Shown: positions 20,196 to 28,478, counted from the stretch's first letter. The stretch: 32,000 nt of DNA from Opitutales bacterium (GCA_965219535.1 CBDCNV010000001.1:810001-842000); one strand, 5' to 3'. Notes: generated by a model from the letters alone, not told the origin. Program-made: numbers and translations.

Positions 20196-20666
20196 GTGGA
20201 CGCGATGGTTGTTGAAGAGGATACATCTCTAATCCTGAGCACGAAAAAAGCGGTAGAAAAAAGTGATAAAAAAACTGGGCAATTAATACGCGATAGTCTG
20301 CAAACGATCAGCGATTCACCCATTCCAGGAATGGCACTGATCCGCGGAAAAGCCCCGTATCGTTTTTTGGCTATTATCCACGATTTTAACCTGACGCCTT
20401 CATGGAGTGTAGAATGGGTTAAAGATGCCCTCGATGATATTTTCGAAATAGCCGATCGGTACGGTCTCAAAACGATGAGTTTACCTCTCCTGGCAACGGT
20501 CCACGGATCAATGGCAGTTCATGAATTTATTAATATCCTATTTGATGTATTGGAAAATAGATATTTAAATCATTTAAATACAATTTATCTAATTGTTTCT
20601 GAATACGAGATTGACGAAGTCGTGAATGCCAGTAGTGAAAGATTAGATCATCCTCTTAGTGATTAA
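20196..20666 (+). CDS. Hypothetical protein with a degenerate macro-domain-like pattern; start uncertain
   Basis: The frame is open from 20082, but the first canonical start is GTG at 20196. The pattern VDAMVVEEDTSL ... IPGMALIRGKAPYRFLAIIHDF ... LKTMSLPLLATVHGSMAVHEF ... IYLIVSEYE parallels the macro-fold strands of YmdB-type proteins. The NAAN and GGG ligand loops are not conserved. Confidence 0.5.
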   Translation: MDAMVVEEDTSLILSTKKAVEKSDKKTGQLIRDSLQTISDSPIPGMALIRGKAPYRFLAIIHDFNLTPSWSVEWVKDALDDIFEIADRYGLKTMSLPLLATVHGSMAVHEFINILFDVLENRYLNHLNTIYLIVSEYEIDEVVNASSERLDHPLSD

Positions 20667-20680
20667 CGAATCGGTACTCA

Positions 20681-21427
20681 ATGCGATCAAGTAAGGAATC
20701 ACCTTTAGTAAAACCTGGCGTGGCCATCGATGCCAATCGTACACCTTCAGAAGAACACATGGATAGGGTTTTAAATTGTGGTAGAAAGATATTTGTCCGA
20801 TTTATTCATTGCCTTGGATTATTTTTCCCTCCAGAAGGTTTTATAAATTTCTTCGAATGTTATGACTTGTATAAATTAGGAAAAAAAATACCGGGTCCAT
20901 TTTTGGAAATAGGACCTTGGGTCGGGCGATCCACCGCTTGTATTGCACAGGGAATAAAAAAAAGCGGTAGAAATAAGGAGTTTCATACCGTTGATATCGG
21001 GTTTTCTTCGGAAAAAGAATGGGAAGAATTTTTTGGTTCTTCTCTAAAACAAAAAAATCCCAAAGTCAGAAATCGATACCTTAAGCATATAATTAGGGAA
21101 GGGGGATCAATTCAGTCATTAATAGAAAATTTGAAAAATCGGAGACTTGATAATTTTGTCACTGTTCACGAAGGCAATTTCAGGGACATAGCTTTCGGTA
21201 AGAAATTTAATTTAATATTTTGTGACGCAACGCATGACCTTCAGGAGATAGAGATTAATATCCCACCAATAAAAAAATTATTATCTGAAAGAGGAGTTTT
21301 GGTGTGTGATGATATCAAAACGAAAGAGATGGAGTCAGCCTTAAAAAGCTATTTTAATTTCCAAAGCTTTACTAACGACAAGGGATTTTTCATCGGTTAT
21401 CTCGATGACACATTGGCAATAGCGTGA
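20681..21427 (+). CDS. Class I SAM-dependent methyltransferase-like protein (Methyltransf_24/TylF-CmcI-like)
   Basis: Motif I is FLEIGPWVGRSTACIA, followed by the acidic post-I residue in HTVDIG and the IFCDATHD block. The gene starts 14 nt downstream of the previous ORF, so the two are probably co-transcribed. The start could instead be an internal Met. Confidence 0.7.
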   Translation: MRSSKESPLVKPGVAIDANRTPSEEHMDRVLNCGRKIFVRFIHCLGLFFPPEGFINFFECYDLYKLGKKIPGPFLEIGPWVGRSTACIAQGIKKSGRNKEFHTVDIGFSSEKEWEEFFGSSLKQKNPKVRNRYLKHIIREGGSIQSLIENLKNRRLDNFVTVHEGNFRDIAFGKKFNLIFCDATHDLQEIEINIPPIKKLLSERGVLVCDDIKTKEMESALKSYFNFQSFTNDKGFFIGYLDDTLAIA

Positions 21428-21513
21428 TATCGCGAGTTTGAAACCAAGTTGCTAACCCACAGGTGTAGGCGCTTTAATAGGATGAAGAATCCCGACGCCT
21501 GCAAAATATACTA

Positions 21514-22209
21514 TTACTTTTTTGCGTATTTTTCGATAGTAACAATAAGCGGTTTTGCCGATTCAGGGACTTCCACCTTATTATCAAATAGAATATCACC
21601 CATCATGAGGGAGCTATTTTTGTAGTATTCGGCATTGGATTTGTTGTTGGGCAAAATAAACCCCCCTTCGAAAGTCGCACCGGCGTATAGACCAGACGCA
21701 TTACTGTAAACATAGATAGGTGATCCTGCACCGATTTTAGCTTCAACTCCAGCATCCGCGGGACCTGCAGTAGCAGCTGCATCAACACCAATTCGAAATT
21801 TAGGTGCCGTAAGGACCATCATCCCTTCCTTATTCATGAGAAGGAAAATATGAACAATACCTTGTGCGCCGACTTGTAATCCCCAACTTCCCTCGCCGCC
21901 TTTCATAAATGACGGGGCACTCCATTTTCCCGTATTTTTATCTCTAACCATGGCGATCCCACCACCAGCTTTAACTCCAAATCCCAGGCCGACTTTAAAT
22001 TGGCGTAAGATAATAATGCCTTCAGCATCGCGTAAAAGAGCGGTAGGTATTCTCGTTTGAGAATCACTCATGATCGACTCGAAATCCAAAACCATGCGCC
22101 TCATGCGCAAGTCGAGCTTGCTTTCCTTACCCGCAAATAGAGGGATGGACAGAATTACAATCGAGATTAAAGTGAGAAATGATAATTTTATGGTGCTATG
22201 TGTATTCAT
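21514..22209 (-). CDS. Secreted/lipid-associated SYLF (Ysc84/DUF500) domain protein
   Basis: I chose the start at the ATG at 22209 (MNTHSTIKLSFLTLISIVILSIPLFAG, a signal peptide) over the ORF-track start at 22260. The Gly-rich SYLF pattern reads KVGLGFGVKAGGGIAMV ... GGEGSWGLQVGAQ ... RIGVDAAATAGP ... GLYAGATFEGG. Confidence 0.8.
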   Translation of the reverse strand: MNTHSTIKLSFLTLISIVILSIPLFAGKESKLDLRMRRMVLDFESIMSDSQTRIPTALLRDAEGIIILRQFKVGLGFGVKAGGGIAMVRDKNTGKWSAPSFMKGGEGSWGLQVGAQGIVHIFLLMNKEGMMVLTAPKFRIGVDAAATAGPADAGVEAKIGAGSPIYVYSNASGLYAGATFEGGFILPNNKSNAEYYKNSSLMMGDILFDNKVEVPESAKPLIVTIEKYAKK

Positions 22210-22283
22210 AATATTATATCGTAGTGATAATATCCCATCTTCCGCAAGAACAGAACGCAATTAGGGAATTGGTCTCTGAACCA

Positions 22284-24212
22284 TTATTCTACCGTAACAG
22301 GTACGACGATAATAAAGACATTATCTCCATCCTCGTTTATAAAGGTAGCATTAATAGCTTGTGTTGGCTGTGGCGTACCATCGGACTTGAAGTTATTTTG
22401 CGTGATGAGGGTCGAGAAGCCGCCCTTTTCTGATCCTCCTGAAGCAACTATAATCGACTTACTATTACTTTGTGTAAGGTCACCTCCGGTGATGCGCATG
22501 CCCGGATTAGCCGATGGAGCGAAAAAGGATCCGTCACCGAATAGAAGAAATGGATCCGCCTCGTCGATGGCGTCAATATCACCCACTAATATTTGGGTAG
22601 CGATGGGGACACCAACGGCATCGATACCTACTTTTCCTTTTGAATCTGAAAAACGCGTGTTAGCACATTGAATTCCGCCAATCCCTGAAGAATCTATCAC
22701 TTCTAAAAAAGCAACATCAGCAACCCCGTCATAATCGGTTGCCGGAAGAAAAATACTCTGATTAACAGCATTGATTAAACCAACCGTAAAAACACTAAAA
22801 AAAGTATTGTTATCGGCTTCCTGAATAATGAAACTTGGACGACCTTTAACATAATCTACATTCTGGTTATAATTAATTGGTCGAGCTGGACCGCTGAAAG
22901 TTTCTGGATCTATATTTATCGTGACAGTGCCAGCACCGGAAAATTCAGCCTGAACAATATCATCGTTTTCATCGATAAACGAGACTCTCGTGATTTGACC
23001 TGCGTCAGCGCGAATGGTGATGCTTTGTCCGGTTAGCAGGATCTGGTCAAAAATATTTCCATTTGGGTGTTCGATATATGTGCCAATGACGATACCTGAA
23101 CCATCATTAATTAGATCATCTGCAATGAATGTTGCAGTAATCGGGGTGTAGCCGAAATCATCGAAAACGATATCGCTGATATTTCCCTCCGTGGATTTTA
23201 GAGGACTATTGGTAAAAGTAATTTTACCAATCCCATTCGGGGCGCCTAAAGCTACAGCATTAAAATCGAAAAAATCAAAAGGGGTAGTGGTATCAATTCT
23301 AATCGTTTGCGGGATATCTGTAGTCGAAGTGAGGAGATTATCATTGGTGTCGAATATCTTGATCTCCCCATCTCCCAAGACAAAAACAGCGGAGTAAAAT
23401 TGTACTTGGGCAGCCGGGATATTGAAGGTGATAGTTCCTGTTTTGTCGTTTTCCACTAACCAGGATCCACCGACGAAGAATTGGTTGGGTCCGATAGGCG
23501 AGGTGTGATTAAACGATTGAATACCAGTCGACGTTGCGATGCCACCGATGAAAGTAGCGGTATTTGGCGAATCACCGATCGTGAAATTTCTGATATCTGC
23601 AAATACCGGATTGCCAATTCTAATCTCAAAATCTTCGAATATCGTATTATTAGGCGGACCCACGACGTAAGAATAACCAAGATCATCAATGACGAAAATC
23701 CCGGGGGCATTGGTAACTTTTATCTCCTTGATGCCATTGGTAAAATTAAGATCGGTGACATCGAGAAAATTCCCGCTGTAAGCGACATAATTTAGAAATG
23801 AAATATTATTGGCCGGGTTTATATTAGTCGGTAGGCCATCGGTGATGCCCTGTGGACTCAGGGTCAAAAAATTTTTATCTCTGAGTTCAATACGTCCAGC
23901 GCCAAAAGATTCGGCGGCATAGAATTGGAGAAGATTGACCCCTCTTTCGAAAAGGATTTTTCCCTCTTCGGCATTGGGATTGAGAACTAATGCACGAGTC
24001 CCAGAGTGAGCAAAGTTGGGGTCATCAACGGATTGAATGGTGAAGCCAATAACGCGAACACTATTCGGCGAATCTCCAATGATAAAATCATCTCCCTCTC
24101 CCGTGATGGATTCGAAATCTAAAAATGTATTGAGATCCTCAGGTGCCGCATAAAGTGGTGAAGTTAGAGCTATTAAAAATAAACAAACTATAATTATGTG
24201 TGTAATGCGCAT
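22284..24212 (-). CDS. Secreted 642-aa protein of unknown function with two tandem ~165-aa N-terminal domains
   Basis: The start is placed at the ATG at 24212, giving the signal peptide MRITHIIIVCLFLIALTSPLYA|AP. The 48 upstream codons in the ORF track do not look like protein. The internal repeat pairs DFIIGDSPNSVRVIGF...LLQFYAAESFGAGRIELRD...VIDDLGY with NFTIGDSPNTATFIGG...QVQFYSAVFVLGDGEIKIFD...VFDDFGY. I recognised no family. Confidence 0.75.
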   Translation of the reverse strand: MRITHIIIVCLFLIALTSPLYAAPEDLNTFLDFESITGEGDDFIIGDSPNSVRVIGFTIQSVDDPNFAHSGTRALVLNPNAEEGKILFERGVNLLQFYAAESFGAGRIELRDKNFLTLSPQGITDGLPTNINPANNISFLNYVAYSGNFLDVTDLNFTNGIKEIKVTNAPGIFVIDDLGYSYVVGPPNNTIFEDFEIRIGNPVFADIRNFTIGDSPNTATFIGGIATSTGIQSFNHTSPIGPNQFFVGGSWLVENDKTGTITFNIPAAQVQFYSAVFVLGDGEIKIFDTNDNLLTSTTDIPQTIRIDTTTPFDFFDFNAVALGAPNGIGKITFTNSPLKSTEGNISDIVFDDFGYTPITATFIADDLINDGSGIVIGTYIEHPNGNIFDQILLTGQSITIRADAGQITRVSFIDENDDIVQAEFSGAGTVTINIDPETFSGPARPINYNQNVDYVKGRPSFIIQEADNNTFFSVFTVGLINAVNQSIFLPATDYDGVADVAFLEVIDSSGIGGIQCANTRFSDSKGKVGIDAVGVPIATQILVGDIDAIDEADPFLLFGDGSFFAPSANPGMRITGGDLTQSNSKSIIVASGGSEKGGFSTLITQNNFKSDGTPQPTQAINATFINEDGDNVFIIVVPVTVE

Positions 24213-24528
24213 CGATATCAACTTAGAGAAACAAATTGGACCTTTTGTTCCGGGATTACGATGAAATTGCTTTCGCTTTAAAATACCTGACTGGAAGATA
24301 GAGATGCTATACTTTCTCAGTTTAAAAGGGAGCGCAATAGTTATCGTAATGATCATTTTCTCGCGTGCATCTTGTACCTGTATCTGGATAAGTGAGCGAT
24401 TCAGATTGACCCGTAAATTGCCGTTTTATCGTTTTCTGGCTCAAAATATTATTGTCACACAGTGTGAATAAATCGTACGTAACTTATGATTGAATTGTCT
24501 CAAGGTTAATGAATAATACGCCCCTAAA

Positions 24529-25371
24529 ATGGGGAGTGTGAGAAAAAAATTTTTAATAATTATTGCGTTTATTCTAACGAATTCTGTCATCACATCGGCC
24601 CAGGATAATATAGGACCTGGTCATCCCGATGAAGCATCAGCGCTCAATAATCTGGCGGTAAAGTATTATTTTCAGGGTAAATATAGCCAAGCGGAAATCC
24701 TATATAATCGCGCGTTGGAAATATTTGAAGAATCTTTAGGTGATGATCATCCCTATGTTGCAACTTCGCTCAATAACTTGGGTCTACTCTATAGTTTCCA
24801 GGGAAAACATGCTGAAGCTGAACCACTTTTTCAGAGAGCTTTAAAAATCAGGGAACAGAAATTGAGTAAAGAGCATCCTGATTGGGTAAACTCCCTCGAT
24901 AATTTAGCAGAAAATTATTATTCACAGGGCAAATATATACAAGCGGAGCCATTATACAAACAGGCCTTAGCAATAGATGAGAAGACTTTTGGCGCTCACC
25001 ATCTTCAGGTAGCAAATTCGCTCATTAATCTGGGTGAATTATATGATTCGCAAGGGATGAAGACGGAAGCTGAATCTTATTATCTGAGGGCACTGAAAAT
25101 TAAAGAAAAAGCGCTTAAACCCGGTGATCCCGAATTAGAGAGTTTTCTTTATAAATTGGCTCAATATTATAATTCACTAAAAAAATATAAAGAGGCTGAA
25201 CCCTTTTTTCGAAGAGCTCTGGAAATAAAAGAAAATTCTGCGGACGAAGATATCCCAGGTCTTTTAGCGGACATGGACAATATAGCCGAGTTATACAGAA
25301 AAATTGGAAAGAATGCAGAGGCAAGGGTGTATCGAAAAAAAGCAAGAGAAATACGCGCAAGAACTCATTGA
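24529..25371 (+). CDS. Secreted tetratricopeptide repeat protein (TPR_10/TPR_12, kinesin-light-chain-like repeats)
   Basis: A signal-like N-terminus is followed by about six 42-aa repeats of the form HPxVAxSLNNLGxLYxxQGKYxxAEPLYxRALxIxEKxLG. Confidence 0.9.
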   Translation: MGSVRKKFLIIIAFILTNSVITSAQDNIGPGHPDEASALNNLAVKYYFQGKYSQAEILYNRALEIFEESLGDDHPYVATSLNNLGLLYSFQGKHAEAEPLFQRALKIREQKLSKEHPDWVNSLDNLAENYYSQGKYIQAEPLYKQALAIDEKTFGAHHLQVANSLINLGELYDSQGMKTEAESYYLRALKIKEKALKPGDPELESFLYKLAQYYNSLKKYKEAEPFFRRALEIKENSADEDIPGLLADMDNIAELYRKIGKNAEARVYRKKAREIRARTH

Positions 25372-25454
25372 ATACATCCATCGCGTTAGGTCAGGTTTGT
25401 TAAGTATTATAAAATTGCTTATGTAATTTTATTATTATATAAACCCGCTAAGGA

Positions 25455-26033
25455 ATGACGGAATCGAATGCACAATTACTGCGCGCTAAAATTGATGATC
25501 TGGAGGAGAAGTTAATCAACCAGCATCAAGAGTTGGTAAATTTAAAAAAACAGTTACCACGTGAAGACGTAGCGGATTATGAATTAATGGGGCTAAATGG
25601 TGCGGTAAAACTCTCTGCTTTATTTGGGGATAAGAAAGATTTAATTATCATTCACAACATGGGATCAAGTTGCCCCTATTGCACGCTGTGGGCGGATGGT
25701 TTTAATGGTGTTCTCAATCATATTAAAGATCGAGCAGCGTGTGCCCTTGTCTCCCCTGACAGTCCTGATCTCCAAAATAATTTTGCGGAATCGCGAGGTT
25801 GGAAATTTGATGTTTATACCGGTGAAGGTTCGTCTTTTATTCAAGACATGGGTTATCAAGAGGGTGAAGATTTCCAACCTGGAGTCTCGACATTCTATAA
25901 AGAGAATGACGGTTCAATCTACCGTGTAGCAAAGGCGCCCTTTGGGCCATTTGATCCCTTTTGCGGTGTTTGGCATTTATTCACTTTGCTTGCCGATGGT
26001 GTAAATGATTGGGGTCCTCAATATAAATACTAA
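25455..26033 (+). CDS. DUF899 family thioredoxin-like protein
   Basis: An N-terminal coiled segment precedes a CxxC in SSCPYCTLWADGFNG, then HIKDRAACALVSPDSP...RGWKF. The order and spacing match my recollection of DUF899. Confidence 0.7.
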   Translation: MTESNAQLLRAKIDDLEEKLINQHQELVNLKKQLPREDVADYELMGLNGAVKLSALFGDKKDLIIIHNMGSSCPYCTLWADGFNGVLNHIKDRAACALVSPDSPDLQNNFAESRGWKFDVYTGEGSSFIQDMGYQEGEDFQPGVSTFYKENDGSIYRVAKAPFGPFDPFCGVWHLFTLLADGVNDWGPQYKY

Positions 26034-26044
26034 CGACTGGATAG

Positions 26045-26449
26045 ATGGGTGACGAAAAATTTATAAAATCTGAAGAGGAGTGGAAAAAACAACTTACTCC
26101 TGAGCAATATAAAGTAACACGTAAGCATGGCACCGAACGCGCCTTTACAGGGGAGTATCACGAGAGTAAAGATGAAGGTATTTATCACTGCATATGTTGC
26201 GGAAATAAATTGTTCAATTCGGAAACGAAATATGATTCAGGTACCGGCTGGCCGAGTTTCTGGGACCCCATGGCTCCGGATAAAGTTAGTACCAAATCGG
26301 ACAAAAGTCTGTTCACGGAAAGGACGGAGGTCTTATGCAGGCGCTGTGATGCCCATCTGGGTCATGTTTTTAATGATGGTCCCGCTCCGACTGGTAAGCG
26401 CTACTGTATGAATTCCGTGGCACTTAAATTGGAAAAAGAGAGTAAATAA
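26045..26449 (+). CDS. msrB: Peptide-methionine (R)-S-oxide reductase
   Basis: Two CxxC zinc motifs are present (CICCGNKLF and CRRCDAHLGHVF), along with GWPSF and the catalytic Cys in RYCMNS. Confidence 0.95.
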   Translation: MGDEKFIKSEEEWKKQLTPEQYKVTRKHGTERAFTGEYHESKDEGIYHCICCGNKLFNSETKYDSGTGWPSFWDPMAPDKVSTKSDKSLFTERTEVLCRRCDAHLGHVFNDGPAPTGKRYCMNSVALKLEKESK

Positions 26450-26469
26450 CTCTTTTAGTAATTAAGCGT

Positions 26470-26994
26470 ATGTTGGTGTCAGCATATAGATTATTCGTTT
26501 CGACCTTTGGTTTAATCTTTTTGGGATTAAATCTCGGTGCTCATACCGGTCATGAGGGAATGAGTGAACAAGCTATTGTCTTCGAATCGGGTGACGGTCC
26601 CAGACCTTGGACTGATGTCAATTTACTCAATGACCCCGACAATTTTCAATTTGCCATAATTTCAGATCGGACGGGGGGCATGCGGGACGGAGTTTTTAAA
26701 GAAGCGGTAAGAAAAATAAATCTCTTACAACCTGAGTTTGTTATAAGTGTCGGCGATTTAATCAATGGTTACTACGATAATGAAGAACAGATTAACCGGG
26801 AGTGGGAGGATTTTAATAAAATAATCGACGCCCTGGAAATGAAATTTTTTTATGTTGCCGGTAATCACGATACCTGGAGCCCTTTTCGAGCGAGATATGG
26901 GAAAAGAATTTTGGTCTCAGATATTATCATTTTCTTTATCGCAATGTTCTTTTTCTCATTCTTCATAGTGAGGACGGCTCACGTGCCTCAGTAG
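26470..26994 (+). CDS. Calcineurin-like metallophosphoesterase, N-terminal fragment (frame breaks at 26880-26886)
   Basis: A signal/TM N-terminus is followed by the metallophosphoesterase motifs ISDRTGG (D-x-H-like block), GDLINGY and GNHD. After GNHDTWSPF the frame decays into hydrophobic nonsense (RARYGKRILVSDIIIFFIAMFFFSFF) and then stops. Confidence 0.85.
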   Translation: MLVSAYRLFVSTFGLIFLGLNLGAHTGHEGMSEQAIVFESGDGPRPWTDVNLLNDPDNFQFAIISDRTGGMRDGVFKEAVRKINLLQPEFVISVGDLINGYYDNEEQINREWEDFNKIIDALEMKFFYVAGNHDTWSPFRARYGKRILVSDIIIFFIAMFFFSFFIVRTAHVPQ

Positions 26995-28394
26995 GTGAAG
27001 AACAAATTCGATACATTGCGCAGACACTGGCTGAAAATAGAGATGTACGCTGGACATTTATTTTTATCCATCAACCCCTTTGGGCCTACGATGAGGGTGG
27101 CCTTAACACCAGTTGGGAAAAAGTGGAGACCTTGATTCAAGATCGAAATCACTCGGCGTTTGCCGGTCACCTCCATGAATACACACAATATGAACGCAAC
27201 AATTCCCGGTATTATCAACTGGCAACTAGCGGTGGAGGGAGTCCGTTAGGAGGGCCCAGTCATGGTCAATTCGATCAAATTGCATGGATTACGATGACTG
27301 AAACGGGACCACGGCTGGCTAACCTGGACCTCGATGGAATTTACGACGATGAAGTCCGAACTGAAGCAATGGCGGAAACCTCCCTGAAACTGAAGCAATC
27401 TTTCGAGGTGGAAATTGATCCAATATACCGGGTAGCTTTGGAGCAGAATGAAAGTGTAGAAACAACCTTACGCATAAAAAACAAAGCAGATATCCCCATG
27501 CAAGTGAATGGGCATTTTAAGGTGCATGAAATCCTCCAAGCTGATCCCTATACGATTAATACCGAACTGGCACCTTTATCAGAGAAGGAAATAAAAATAA
27601 AAATTAAGTTTTTAAAAAGAATCGAAATTCTTGATGCCCTCATGATGCCGATGAACATAAATATTATTTTTAGCCCGGAAGGATTTCCAGGAGAGCTTAT
27701 TTGTGAGGAAACAGTAATGGTTGCTATCGATATTTTTCCGACTATCCCGGAAGCAAAAAAAGCTGTGTCAGTAGACGGCGACTTAAAGGAGTGGGATAAA
27801 CTGCCTTTTAAGATGATTAATCCCAGCCAATTTTACGAAGATCGTGCTGCCTGGACAGGTCCGGAAGATGCTTCACTAAAATTTGGTTTTTCCCAAGATA
27901 AGGATTTTCTCTACATGGCATTCGATGTCCGTGACGATTCATTGATCAGTAAACCGGGCAAGAATAATACGACAAGATATCAGGACCATTTGGGTATAAT
28001 AATTGACGCGAGACCAAAAGCTGAACGCGGGGTAAAGATCACCTCAAATTGGGATAAAAGGAATAATTTTCTTATGCTTCGTGTTGATCCTAAACCTTTT
28101 GAGGAGACTATTGAATATCATCATGGGAGATTACCTGAAGGCGTATATATTACGGGGGTAAAAACTGAGAAGGGTTACGCTGTTGAGGTGGCGATCCCGC
28201 ATTCAGTGCTCGATGCCTATAATGAAGGGGAGTGGGAAGATTTAAGATTCAATTTGATAACTTTCGATGTCGATAAATTAACCGGCTCTCTCGTTTATTT
28301 ATGGTGGCGTCCGTCATGGGCGACTCATAGCTCTTATAAAGACTCGGGTACTTTTCTCCGTTATAATTCAATTAATGAGCAAAATGATGACTGA
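26880..28394 (+). CDS. Metallophosphoesterase, continuation in the -1 frame, with a C-terminal CBM9/DOMON-like domain
   Basis: The -1 frame reads PFSSEIWEKNFGLRYYHFLYRNVLFLILHSEDG...RWTFIFIHQPLW...FAGHLHEY, which supplies the remaining phosphoesterase motifs. It continues into the 27123-28394 ORF of the track. The C-terminal region VSVDGDLKEWDKLPF...FLYMAFDVRDD...YAVEVAIP resembles carbohydrate-binding family 9-like domains. Confidence 0.85.
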   Translation, partial: PFSSEIWEKNFGLRYYHFLYRNVLFLILHSEDGSRASVGEEQIRYIAQTLAENRDVRWTFIFIHQPLWAYDEGGLNTSWEKVETLIQDRNHSAFAGHLHEYTQYERNNSRYYQLATSGGGSPLGGPSHGQFDQIAWITMTETGPRLANLDLDGIYDDEVRTEAMAETSLKLKQSFEVEIDPIYRVALEQNESVETTLRIKNKADIPMQVNGHFKVHEILQADPYTINTELAPLSEKEIKIKIKFLKRIEILDALMMPMNINIIFSPEGFPGELICEETVMVAIDIFPTIPEAKKAVSVDGDLKEWDKLPFKMINPSQFYEDRAAWTGPEDASLKFGFSQDKDFLYMAFDVRDDSLISKPGKNNTTRYQDHLGIIIDARPKAERGVKITSNWDKRNNFLMLRVDPKPFEETIEYHHGRLPEGVYITGVKTEKGYAVEVAIPHSVLDAYNEGEWEDLRFNLITFDVDKLTGSLVYLWWRPSWATHSSYKDSGTFLRYNSINEQNDD

Positions 28395-28436
28395 GAGCAG
28401 ATAAAGGAATAAGTTCTAAACCATAAGAGAAAAATT

Positions 28437-28462
28437 GTTGGACGAGGGGGTGGTCCAATTTT
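28437..28462. terminator. Putative bidirectional intrinsic terminator between convergent genes
   Basis: The hairpin is TTGGAC-gagggggtg-GTCCAA (28438-28458). It is followed by TTTT on the + strand and by caaTTTTT on the - strand. It sits in the 84-bp gap between the stops at 28394 (+) and 28479 (-). The stem is only 6 bp. Confidence 0.4.
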
Positions 28463-28478
28463 ATGATCCCGGTTCCTG

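Noticed and set aside
21428-21513. A possible terminator lies in the convergent gap between the methyltransferase and SYLF genes (AGGCG...CGCCT with an inner GGAT...ATCC).
   Set aside because: The stems are 4-5 bp and interrupted by large internal loops, and no U-tract follows on either strand.
24213-24356. The ORF track extends three genes at the N-terminus: 22284-24356, 21514-22260 and 29356-29829.
   Set aside because: Internal ATGs at 24212, 22209 and 29449 give clean signal peptides or a canonical VOC N-terminus. The upstream residues are not protein-like.
24455-24467. A perfect 13-bp palindrome, TCACAC-A-GTGTGA, lies 62 bp upstream of the TPR gene in the divergent promoter region.
   Set aside because: A 6+6 palindrome is expected by chance roughly once per few kb per spacer length. 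The half-site orientation is opposite to CRP/FNR-type TGTGA-N6-TCACA sites, and it occurs only once in the window. It is worth a glance only if it is conserved in orthologous spacers.
25415-25443. Sigma70-like hexamers occur at two places: TTGCTT-17 nt-TATAAA upstream of the DUF899 gene, and TATAAT at 5447-5452 upstream of lhr.
   Set aside because: The first would start transcription only about 5 nt before the ATG, which excludes the AAGGA Shine-Dalgarno. The second has no acceptable -35 at 16-18 nt. In AT-rich spacers such matches are expected by chance, and the promoter consensus for this lineage is unknown.
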